A stretch of DNA of 64,000 bases from Psilocybe cubensis (lineage: Eukaryota), in contig CM039006.1 in the NCBI GenBank assembly GCA_017499595.2, positions 1,550,001-1,614,000 of the forward strand, written 5' to 3'. This document shows positions 47,019-58,623 of the stretch, in pieces. How positions within the stretch are numbered: position 1 is the first letter of the stretch; every line of letters begins with the position of its first letter. The translations under genes were made by a program, and so were the position numbers. The notes beneath the pieces are model-generated. The model ran no database searches. It was not told the DNA's origin and was given only the letters and a program-made list of their open reading frames with translations.

Positions 47019-48973
47019 TTAAGACGTTGGGCCGCTCTGAGAGCCGGAGTTTGGAGAAATGCACTTTTGGACTAGTTGGGTGTCGGTCCATGAGTTGCCA
47101 TTCCAAGTTGGTGTCAAAACTGTGTGATAATTAGTACAGAAGCATATCAAATCAGTGCAAATTAACTCGTACCGAGCTCGTAAGCTACAAGACCAGAAGT
47201 CAGCCAATTGATCAAACTATATGACATAAACAAACTTACTCTGATCGAAAGAACCGGCAGACCAGCCAACGTAGCCGAGAATAACTGACAAAAGAGTTAG
47301 ATGCCACTTCCTGAGTCCAGGCAGACGAATGTACCATCAGAGTTCTGAGCCTGGAAAGCGATCTGCTGGCAGACATATTGCATGCAAGATGAAGTGTTTC
47401 CTCCACCAGTTTCAGTGTTGAGAGCTTGGCGTCCATTGCAGCGAAGCCAGTTAGCAAGCGGTGCCCAAGAAGATTGAATGTTGTTGGTAACACAGTCGCT
47501 GTAAACGTGATAAAATAAGATGTCACCGATCAAAAATAATAAATAGAGGGAAATCTTACGTGTGTGTTCCCGAATTGTCGCTGTCAAGGTACTTGTGGAC
47601 GTCGAAGATCAGGTTTGTTGTCGATCCGTCAAGGTTAACAACCTTCAAGAGGGCAGCTCCAGATCCGTTTGACACGAAAGTCTCTGCAGATGTCCAGTTG
47701 TTCCCGGGAAGCAGAATCATCTGAGATGTGGCCCTATCATCCGTACACTGCTTAGTTATTTGTTAAAATTGAGGAAGCTTGCACGTACCCAGCCTTGCGG
47801 ATTGCTGTGACGGAAGCTTGGACGGTTGCAGCCCAGGTGCTGATGTTAGGAATGTCATGGGGCTCATTCATCCTATAAAACATCAAGGAGTAAGCCCAAG
47901 GTAAGATCAGATGCGGTTATAAAATTCACGAACACTCCAAAGATTACTCTGGATTGGGAGGCATATTTCGAAGCGATGCTACTCCACAAGGAGGCAAGCA
48001 CGTCGTTGGAAGGACCACCTTGTCCGACGATCTTTCAAATAATCATTCAATACATTGGCACGTATGTTACATCGAGAGTGGTCATGGTACATACCTGTCC
48101 ATTGAACCTGGCATAGTTGTGGACATCAACAATGCAGTAGGCTCCAGTTCCAAGGCAAGCTTGTACAAGTGCGTCGTATTTGGCAAAGTTATTCTGGTTG
48201 AGAGTGCCGCTTTGTGCGCCACCAGTCAGCCACTGCCAACCGACTGGAAGACGGAAAATGTTCATTCCGTCGTTGTTGACGAAATGTTGCATTTGGCCTT
48301 GACCGTCAGGGCCTAGATGGTCATAATGTTCATCAGTCCCGTTTACCAAATTGCATATGGCCAAGTAACGAACCGTTGTATTGTTTGAGAGGTGGAACAA
48401 CCTTGGTAGTATCGCATGTCTATAAACAATGTCAGATTTCAGTCTCGTCGATTCAGTACAGCGACCTACTCCGTCTGTGCCACAACCAAAGTCGAATCCA
48501 GCGATATTGACTCCTGCGAATCTAAGTTTTCCAGTGGCACGGTTGACAAGGCTTGAGCTGCATGTTGGTGAAGGTGCAGAGGTTGACGTCGGGCCAGTAG
48601 ATGGATTGGAGGAGCTGCTTGGGCTAGCGGACCCAGGAAGACACTGAGAATAGTCTATCAGAGTAAGTGAGCATCATGTCGGAAAACACGAGGGAATTTG
48701 ACTCTACATGGGTTCGAATACGTGCAGACTGAACCAGAGGCACAAGTTGTGGCACCACTCCATCCCTTTGCGTGAGATGCATATGAGGATTAATATCGCA
48801 CGTTAGAGCTGTAAGAATGCCCACCTGCCCACCACCTAAGAAGGATGTCAAAATTAAGAAAATTGAGGCCATATTAATAAAATATGGTTGTACTTACATT
48901 GGCCATAAACCGGGGACTGTGCGTTTACCGCAAGACTAAGGCCCAAAAACACTGCGAGTGAAAGGAGAGTCAT
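47019..48973 (-). CDS. CBM1-GH5 (subfamily 5) endoglucanase, copy 2
   Basis: MTLLSLAVFLGLSLAVNAQSPVYGQCGGQGWSGATTC...YYSQC; GVNIAGFDFGC; FRLPVGWQ; MNEPHD; FDVHKYLDSDNSG; NTETGGG. Exons followed in frame to NSGSQSGPTS*. TATAAA about 40 bp upstream. Confidence 0.95.
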
Positions 48974-50440
48974 TATGTTGATGTTGAAGGGAATCGAGGT
49001 ATCTGCACACCTTTATAGAGTCTGAACAACCGCTGGCGACCAATTCCACATATTCTTTTCCCGATAACTTACCGAGAAGGGATGAGAGGAGATACGAAAG
49101 GAATCCTGTCGTCGTTGGTCAGAAGTACATTAATGGTAACCAGAATAGGATGCAAGTGAGGCAGCGAGTGGAATCGATACAAAACCAAAAACGGGTGATT
49201 TTCGCGCCATCATCGGTCGTCGCTATAGCGTCGAGGTTATTTTTAGACATTCATGAGATATTCACACTTGATTTTCCGTCATTGGGTGACTGACATGTAG
49301 AGTTAACGGTGGATTATCCGTATTAGCTCATGTGGTCTAAAGAGCGAAAGACATGTTTCGTCTCTTGTGACACAATCAGCAAGAAACTCGGATTTAAGAG
49401 GGGTGTAAAGGTATCTAACCTCTTCAACCATCAGCACTTCAGCACTGAAGCTGAAGTTATCTAAAAGTTTTACGAGGCCAACAGACAGCACATCTTCGGA
49501 AATCAATAAATGGAAGATAGATGACCATAGTCGGTGCATACTCGATGCTCGATATTTGGTATTTTGGAAAGAAAGGATTGTCAGAGTCACAGGGCACCGC
49601 TGGTGGCCGCCGGCCTGGGCCCCACTTAAATCGCCACCTGAGTATTCCCACGTGATCATGACATCAGCGTCACATTATGCGTCGCAGATGGGAAGAAAAT
49701 TCTACGACAGGATCGGAACACCCACTCTCCGAAATTTCATGGGCTAATGTGCATCACTACGCCAGTATCCGATCCACGGAGGAATCATCCAGATAGCTTG
49801 AGAAGTTTGCGATCCTTGAACAAGTAGAACGGTCTCAAGTTCATATCAATGGCCGGAAGGATGATTTTCTCAAGAATGAAAACAGCAGTCCCAGCCAAGA
49901 TCCCATTCAAGCGGAGAGGCAAGCTGTAATGTCTAGCGTTTCCTGTCCGTACGATTAAATTTAACAAATCAATCGTTGAGGGATGTAGAGATTCGCCAGA
50001 CTTTGTCGAAGAACCTATAGATGAAAGTGTGGTCGTACACTATCTAGATTGGTTATAACTCAAGGTCCAGTGGAATCTGATGTAGCGATCATCGACTGAT
50101 TTTGTTCACTATCGAGGCTGATCCCTTTAATGAGTGAAACAAGGTCAAGTGCCCCAGCAGTTGGTTCTCGAAGGAGGGAGATTACCGATCACTATAGTGT
50201 CCGGACACATACTCCATTCAAGAAGCTCATGGGACAGCAATCAGTACCCAAAGATCCTTGTGAGTGTCTCAATTGAATACAGAGAAAATGACACTAGAAA
50301 TTAGATAGTTTTTTTAAGAGTCCAATAATAACCACAGAGCGTTCGAGTAACGAAACAGGCAGCCAGAGTTGAGAGCGAGAGTATAGCAAACAGACCAGAC
50401 GATGAGGATGTGAAAGAGGCAGTGGTAGTTTTAGTGGAAT

Positions 50441-53040
50441 TCACGGAGTTTTCTTCTTAGAAGCGTATGTCAGAGATGGAGCGGGTGCAGAGGAAGAAAT
50501 GCCGTAGCCTCCAGCTTTCATAGCCTTTTTGGTCGCTGCCCTCTTCTGAACATAACGCCAGAATTTCTCGAGATCGTTCCATAGAGCCAAGGGAACCACA
50601 ATAATCATGATCGGGATAGCAATTTCCCAGAACCTATGAAACTGGATCAACAACATTGCTTTAAGTGGGGAACAGGTAGCAGAGTACGAACAGCAAGTCT
50701 GAGTGGTTGTCGACGGCAGGCATGGGTTTAAAATTCATTCCCTATATGTGGTGGTGCATACGCATAAGATAATGCTGGTCATTGATATAATAAAGCCAGT
50801 CCTGACGTACAAAGTAGCCGGTAAGAAGGGTCAAGGGTAAACATGTGATGGTGGCTGTAGTCAAACGGCGCCTGGAAGGTAAAGGGTAAGAGTCAGATAC
50901 CTTTTCATCGAAGAATGAATTGTCAACTTGCATCACGTCGTTCATCTCGTACGATGACATCTGGAAAAAATAAAATAACAGTCAACCGAGTGATCAAAAT
51001 CAGATCCAGCAAGTGGCTTACATTGAAAGAGTAATCAATCAGGTTCTGTGCAATTCCCGCAAAAATATCCAAACTAGAGAGAATATAATCCATATGATCA
51101 TATACGTCCGCCTGGAAAAAATGTACGTCTGAGCATGTAAAATGATACAGTGGATAATGTTGTTGGCATACGAGGTATATCTTTGCTTTGTGACTCATGA
51201 AGCCTACGACTTTGACGTTCTTATTCGCTGGATCAGAGAAATCAATGAGGGCCGCACAGCGATCGATATCATATCGTCGTAGACCATAGATAAGCGTTCT
51301 GATAGGATCGAGTGTGCGTTTGTGAAGGATAAGATCTCCAGACAAAATGTGCACTGGATGGTTTAACAGTCACAGGAAGTACGAGTAAGCAACGACTGTT
51401 TGGTTAGTATTCTGGAATTTGACGTACGATCCCTGACAGTGGCCATCTGAGGGCTGAGTAAACTCTCAAGTTCCATTTTATGGATGGTTGCATGATATGC
51501 TTCAACGACTTGAACAGCCTTGTCGACAACTGGCCAGTCATGAAATATACACATAAGCATTGAATTATTAGGTTATGCCAATGGCAGTGACAAAATATAC
51601 CCACCAAGGTCAAGTAATGCATGAAGTAGGAGGGACGGATCCGCAGAGCTTCTGAGAACAGTGTCACGACTCTTCAGTCGGAATGATATAGGGGCAGTTA
51701 AATTCAGGTGAGGAATCGGGCGAATAGAAATAATAGTGCCTTGAAAGAAACGTTGTAAAAATGCCTTCTGGATTGCAATCATATGACGGCTCACCATCTC
51801 GCAGCAAGAAGAAGAACATCGGTGTTACATCCACGGCAATACCAGATCCCTGCGTCATGTTGAGATTCTTGTTTCCATGGTCAGATAGCAGACTCTTACG
51901 CACCTGTTTGAGAGCCTGGATTGCAATTTCGTCTTTTTCACGATCTTTTCGAGACCGTTGATGCTAATCTGTTGTTAGAAGGATATCGTTTGCTACGTGA
52001 ATCTGACTCACAGCATGGTCTCTCATTATCAAAGCAGAGAGGTTACTTGCAATTTGTGTCCTTGATCCAATCAAGCGCGACGCCTTCAAATCATGTCGGG
52101 TGGAAGGTAAAAGAGAAGCTTGTCTATAACGTCTGACAAGCGACTCGACATGCAATAGAGGTTTCTTCCCAGGTTTTTCAAGCTCATCTGGCTCTTCAAT
52201 ACCTTCCTCCTCATCGTCTGGAGAATGACCATCTAGTGGTTCAGGAGAACTGGAGCGAGGTGCAGCAAAATATTGTGTACGAGAGGCTCTAGAAACCTTT
52301 TCTTCATCATCAAGAAGTTCGTGGCAGAGAAGGCGAAGAAAAAGATGTTGAGGGTAATAGTCAGCTTTGGACCGAGTCTTCGAATGTCCATGAAAAATGT
52401 CCTCCAAAGCGAGAGGATGTAAGTCTACAAGATAGCACAATGACCAGGTTGGGGACATTATTATCAAAAAGAAAAAGGAGCATCACGTACTGTACTTGAC
52501 AGCGAGTGATTTGACCACATCCCAACTAATACCTCCAATGTTAATCCATCTGACTTTGACCCATGGATCCCTTGAAGGCAGATCTGAAGAATCAAGGTCG
52601 CCAATAAATTCCACAAATTGTTCGTTGTTCATCCGCCGAACAGTACTTCGAACAGCAGAGTAATCCACAACCTCTATCTGGCACTGCTCCTTGATGTGGG
52701 CATAAGCAGCGTCTACAATTGGACGGCGGGGATCGATGCCTGGTTCTGCTCCGACACCTCCTACATTTCCCAGTAAGGAAGCCCCGCGTTGCATGGCCAT
52801 GACTTTGCGCACCGCCGCCCGAAATCGCTCCATTGGAGGCATTGGCCCAGATACTGTCCGAGGAATAGTAGACACTTTAGTTCGAGCCTTTGTTTTCAGT
52901 GTGTCGGAGCGAGGAGGAATGGTTTGTTCTGGTACATGAGAATAGTTTGGGAGCCCAGGTAAGGTTGTGCTCTCCTCTTCTTCCAACTCTGGGGTGAGGG
53001 ATCTCCCTTCTGAATCAGTGAGACTGTTCTCCCGTGGCAT
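50441..53040 (-). CDS. CorA-family Mg2+/divalent cation transporter
   Basis: PWVKVRWINIGG.SWDV; LHPLALEDI; RSKADYY; DPSLLLHALLDL; YLADVYDHM; MNDVMRRLT.ATITCLPLTLLTGYF|GMNF (GMN motif). Start at MPRENS (53040) is inferred. Confidence 0.9.
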
Positions 53041-53588
53041 ACTGGGCTCGTTGAGGGTTCTCTGATATGTGTCGAGAAAGTCTGGCAGCAGCAGCACAAA
53101 AAGGGCTATTTGAGGCCTCCGCTTTCATGCGGATTGCGGCGATTTTGCGTGTCGTCCATGAGTCTGTCTCGAGGCTGTCAATGGTTCTAAAATTGTGGGT
53201 GCCAACAAGTAAACATGCTGCTGAAGAAAAACTCGTAATAAAAAAAGAGGAAAAGCGCACATCTGATCCCAGATCTATAGTGGTCATACCTCAACTTCAT
53301 TTAATAGAAGCTAGGCATCGGCGCGCTTTTGTGGTGCGTTTAGCATTTGCAAAGCAATGTTGAACTAATGTTGAAGTCGACAAGGTGGCTCCAACGCGGC
53401 AAATTACCTGTCGTGGGAAAATTGTGCTGACTAATGTGTACAAACTACTACTAGTAAGGAAGGTTTAGGCAAACACGACAAAACAAGTGCTGCCGCTTGC
53501 CAAGGCATTTCAAGTGCAATACCATTAAAACCAACATTGACAATCTTGATTCTATCGCTACGACATTTGATATCCTTTATTGCTAAAA

Positions 53589-54923
53589 ATGTACCGCAAA
53601 AGATCTTTTGCTGTGGAAGAACACCACAGCTCGAGCGAAGACGAAGACATTGAGGACGATGAAGAGGTATCAGAACCCGAAGACTTGCCCAACGAAGGCA
53701 CCTCGGATGCGCGTCAAAAGGGCAAAGGAAAGGCGGGGTATCGTGCAGAGGAGAGCCAAATTATTGTAGAAACGGCTTTCGACGCGTATTTCTCGTACAA
53801 CAAACCTGGGCGAGTGCAAACTTCATCCAATGTTTATTCTCAACTCGTATTACCCCTGAGCCCTGAAGAATATGCAGAGTCTATCGGTACAAAATCCAAG
53901 GGAGTGGATTCCATCCAACCAAGCATACTGCACGAGAGCAACCGGAATGTAGTTTTCTCTCGTTATATGTGCGAACTCAATGAAGGTTTCAACATCCTTT
54001 GTTATGGCATAGGGTCGAAAAGACGCATCCTGAACCAATTCGCGACCAATTCCTGTTCAAAGAGAGGACATGTGGTCGTCGGGAATGGCTTCCAACCTGA
54101 TTTTACAATGAAAGACCTACTTAACGCTATCGAAAATATCCCCCCAATTCAAGAACTGGACCTTCCTTCTACTGCTATCGACAAACAAGCACGCAGAATC
54201 CACGACTTTTTCGCGGACCCTGACCAAAAGCAACATTTGTACATCATAATTCACAACATCGACGCATCCCCCCTCCGCAACCAAAAGTCCAAGTCAATTC
54301 TTTCTCTGCTTGCCCATAACCCCCGCATACACATCATCGCCTCTATCGACCACATCAATGCGCCTCTCCTTTGGTCTTCCTCCGAAGTGTATGCAAGAAA
54401 ACCAGACAATACTGGCAGCATTCCTTCCCGTGGATTCTCGTGGCTCTGGCATGACCTCACCACTCTCGTTTCTTACGACTTTGAGCTCGCGTTTGCCGAT
54501 CGTTCATCGCTGGCTGGTGCACACACAGGCGGCGCACGCCGCAAGACAGACACTCTCGCTGCCCAAAATGCCACCGCTATGAGCGAAACCGCTGCCTCCC
54601 ACATTCTGGCATCCGTGACCCAGAAGGCCCAGAAACTGTTCACTCTGCTCGGTGACCGGCAGCTGGAGGCCATCGATAATTCTGCTGACAGCGGTTCGAA
54701 CGATCTGCAGCAATTCGGGATGGCTTATGATACCCTGTTCCATGCGGCGAGAGATAACTTTATTGCAACTAGTGACACTGCTCTCCGTGCATTGCTGGGA
54801 GAGTTCAGGGATCACAGTCTTGTTGTGAGTGCACAAGCCACGACGGGCGGGGGAGAGGTTCTCTGGATACCAATGAGGAAGGAGCGGCTTGCGAATGTAC
54901 TTAGGGCACTAAACCCTACGTAG
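53589..54923 (+). CDS. ORC2: Origin recognition complex subunit 2
   Basis: GFNILCYGIGSKR; VVGNGF; IIIHNID...LR; IHIIASIDHINAPLLW; WHDLTT..Y..E; HILASVT; L.EFRDH. Intronless ORF; the N-terminus could extend further. Confidence 0.93.
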   Translation: MYRKRSFAVEEHHSSSEDEDIEDDEEVSEPEDLPNEGTSDARQKGKGKAGYRAEESQIIVETAFDAYFSYNKPGRVQTSSNVYSQLVLPLSPEEYAESIGTKSKGVDSIQPSILHESNRNVVFSRYMCELNEGFNILCYGIGSKRRILNQFATNSCSKRGHVVVGNGFQPDFTMKDLLNAIENIPPIQELDLPSTAIDKQARRIHDFFADPDQKQHLYIIIHNIDASPLRNQKSKSILSLLAHNPRIHIIASIDHINAPLLWSSSEVYARKPDNTGSIPSRGFSWLWHDLTTLVSYDFELAFADRSSLAGAHTGGARRKTDTLAAQNATAMSETAASHILASVTQKAQKLFTLLGDRQLEAIDNSADSGSNDLQQFGMAYDTLFHAARDNFIATSDTALRALLGEFRDHSLVVSAQATTGGGEVLWIPMRKERLANVLRALNPT

Positions 54924-56170
54924 ATGCTTTGCTTTGGTAATGGTTGTGACCATCTACATATATTTCCTTCGTTCCAAGATCGATAGTAAAAGTCTCCGAT
55001 GGGCCTCCTTGCGAATTCACCTTTCGAAATGTAATCGGCGTCAAGGGATGAGCTCTCTGGTGGGCTGACGAGTCGTCTGTATGAAAAGTGGGTATCGCGT
55101 CATTGTCGAACAGCCCTAGTTTGGTCTTCCTGAAGACGCGGCAAGCCATGATGTTCATGAGCATGATGTTAGGCCCAGCGAGCATTGTCCGATACGTCAC
55201 AGGAAGAGAAGGGAGAGCCATCAGGACGACGGTCAAGAGGTTGCTGGTCACCGTTGTACTATCGTTAAAAGGACATAAGCATACAGCTCACGCACCGTTC
55301 GTATGTCTGACTCACAGGTAATAAATCTGACCATCCTTCAACAATGCATGGGACAATGAAGGCATGCGTTGGCCGAGAATCATGGCCCGAAGGCGGAACC
55401 TATGCTTCTCCCCGACCACCGAGTTCTGCATCAGGCGCCACGAAATGGCCAGGAAAACCAGAGTATCGTTGACGAGTGGGGCAACCGCCGCGCTCGTCAC
55501 GTAACCTGCGACGTGCTCGCTGATGCAATATCCTGTTGATCCTATGCGGACCACGGTCACAGACTGAGTTGTCATCGCCGCTGTCCCGACCACGACCAGC
55601 CATAGGAATCCAAAGAACGTGGTGACACATTTGTCCCCTTTAAATATCGCTCTCACTCGCAATGTGAAAAGCAGTGAAGTGAAGGATATGGCGATTGTGT
55701 AGATCCCCGCCATCCAGCCTTCGAATCGCATGCATGTTGAAATTTGTGCGGCTGTTTGGAGGTTATGATGAGCCTGTATTTTCATAATGAGAGGAACGGA
55801 GTCTACTTTGGAAAACAGTGATCAGGACTACGAATGCGAGGGAAAAGATCCTAATTGTAAGATGATGGTGAATCGGTTATTGTGAGGCAAGTAACGAGAT
55901 CGTAAGTCAATAACAATACCTTGACACAAAATATACTACTGTAGGAACCTTGATACGATAATGGCGAAGAATTTTGTATTCGGCTTTCAAGTTATGCAAT
56001 ACATCCCATATCATGATCTGAATCAATATGTAAGAGCAAGTTTTGGGGTTGTAAGTTGGAAATGAAATGGGAGCAGGCTCACCAAGCCTTACCGCGCTGC
56101 ACGAAACATAGACATAAGACGCCAATTCTTTCTCGGTTTGTAAACCACCGTAAAAGGAAAGATCCGACAT
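54916..56170 (-). CDS. DUF6533-like 7TM membrane protein
   Basis: IWDVLHNLKAEYKIL...PTVVYFVSR; SLLFTLRVRAIF; GSTGYC; NDTLVFLAISWRL; LLKDGQIYYL; NIMACRVFR..KLG. Start uncertain. Confidence 0.8.
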
Positions 56171-56997
56171 TGATCTGGGCTACTGCTGCTGGGCTACGCC
56201 TATTCCTTGAATACGTATGCGCGGGTTGTCTACTGAATAATATAGTAACGGACAAGGAAGGCAGGTAAGTTAGTACGTCTGGGGGGTTGGTAAAGGACTT
56301 TCCAACCTCGAGCGGCATATATACCTCGTCCACTACGTAAACTCATACCCATTGAATATGGGGGAGGAATACCATTTGGACAAGCCCGACTGGAATAATC
56401 AACTCCAAATCTGACATGCGGTTTTTGAAGTATGAACCCATCTTCATCATTTATGTATACCTAGTACAGAGCTCAGGCGATTGGATACCAACCTCTTGAT
56501 ATACCTTCTCGTCGCAGCTGCCATGACGCTAACTGCTCAATACTTCCAGTTTCTCATAGACATATCTTGTTTAACGGAAGCCAGTCGTAAATAGCCGACC
56601 CCGACCTGTGTTTCCGGTTAAGTAGTACGTCCACAACTCGGGGTATGGAAATCCTTTCACGGTAATTGGTTGACGGATTGGCCGCTCGTCGACGAGGAAC
56701 ACTAAACTGGAACCTGGTAACGAGTTGCAGCAAAATTATAACGTCATTATTGGCTCGGTCGCACAGCCACTATAGGGAACTTGGCACATATACAAAATCC
56801 GATTTATTCTACCAAAACCCATTATTATTGACTCAATGCAACGACATGTGGGATTAGTGACGAGAAACCAAGAAAACAAAAGTGTAGTGTTATATGGGTG
56901 TCAAGTAAATGTACAAATGCGTGTTTCTGACAGGTAATGTGGATGTGGGGAGTAGTTGATACAGTAGAAAACGAAGATAAGGGGTAGTCTACTGTTA

Positions 56998-58623
56998 TCA
57001 AATTTTTAAAGGCCTTGTCGCGCGTTCGTCATTTGGCGACAGGCTTTCAGGTGCCTTTCCGGAAGCTTGGGATGCAGTATCGTCCTTGATCGAATTGGCT
57101 TCATCACCCCTGTATATCTGCAGAACAGCAATAAGAAAATGTCATGAGCAGCTGTAACCAGTCCCAAGTGTCCTATGTTCTCACATTTAAGTGGCTCATT
57201 GGAACCTCATCTTGCCACACCTGCTGGACGACCGTGCGGCCAATACGAATCTCTCCCTGGATGCGATCAAAATTGCGTGAATATGTTTTATTGTCGTCAA
57301 ACGAATTATCAACGTCTGAGAGCGGTGGTGGCCCGCCAACGGCGTCGGGACGGTTGTTGAAGGTGGCAACGATTGTAATAGCATAGAGCTTTGTGAGCAT
57401 GATGGCAGGGATGACAAAGTAGACGCTTGTCGTCATTTTCTCGCGGAAGCCCACAAAGAGGACTGCACTGCATATAGAGGCAGTGGCTTGAAAGGGTCGT
57501 GTAAGGCTTTTGAAACAATCAAATAAAATTCCAAGGGTATTACCTGTGAAAACACCTGTCTCAATGGTCAAGCGCATGATTCTTGTAAGCAGCAAATCGG
57601 TGTTTCTAAAGCCTGTTTGACTCCTCGATAGCTGTGTTTGCTTAAGATCAGCGGACACTCGGCATACTAAAGATGTAGCTTACACAGTAGGTCATACAAC
57701 CAGCAATTACTATGTCGCATGCAGCACCCAAGCCATTCCAGAGCTGCGAAATGTGTTAGTCAGTAATTTTCATTCATATGGCAATGCTGAAAACATACAC
57801 CGCAAACGAGATAGATGTGTTTGATCAGAACAAGGTTGGATAGGGACTGGGCGGAGTGCATTTTACCTCCAAAGACAAAAGCTGCAACCGCTCCGGCAAT
57901 CGCGAGCTAGAGCAGTCGGTTAGATAACGAACGCCACACATTGACAGAACCCGTCAAGGACTCACAGCGGCGATTATCACGCCTACAATCTTTGATCCTG
58001 ATAATAATGAAATGCGCCAAGCGAAGGTTAGATGGCATAACAGGCCAACTATTGTGAAGGATGTAAGTCTACTTTTAATTTGTCAGAAAATGAAGCGCAC
58101 TGACCTATTCCGCCCAGTATTGGAAGCGTGAGCCAAAGAAGGTGGAGATGATCCAAGGCCATCAGATCCCCATAGCCAGCAGCGAAAACCAGATGTGTAT
58201 CCCGAGTGACCATGAGCGTCTGTGCCAGTTCCAGAGCCAAACAAGAATACACCAGCCCCTTCATGTACTTGGGATCGTCGGGGAAGCTTAGGTAGTAGTT
58301 GTCTAGTGCATACGTGATGAGCGATCCATCCTTCAACGCTGAAGATATGGCCTATACTCACAAACTTGAACACACAACACCCCCTGCAAGCCCCATGTAA
58401 CGAGCCCACCGATCTGCTATTAATGAGAGAAAATCAGGTCAGGTTAATATTTCTGCTAGTTTGTGGCGCGCGTGTAGGTTCGACATACTAATGAGGTGAG
58501 CCTAGACAAATTAGACGCGTTAATATGATTCCAACGGAGGTTGATAGTATAAATATCGACTCACAAAGGCTGGGCTACGGCCAAAAGATCTGCGGCATTG
58601 ATGAACGGGTCGATGGGAGCCAT
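56998..58623 (-). CDS. DUF6534-like multi-pass membrane protein
   Basis: ATG 58623; YYLSFPDDP...K.LVY; FAWRI; WNGLGAACDIVIAGCMTY; TGFRNTD.LL.RIMRLTIETG..TA; KLYA......NNR. Last exon ends at 56998. Confidence 0.8.

Noticed and set aside
49780-50110. Possible degraded coding fragment on the minus strand
   Set aside because: Frames are short and match nothing I recognise.
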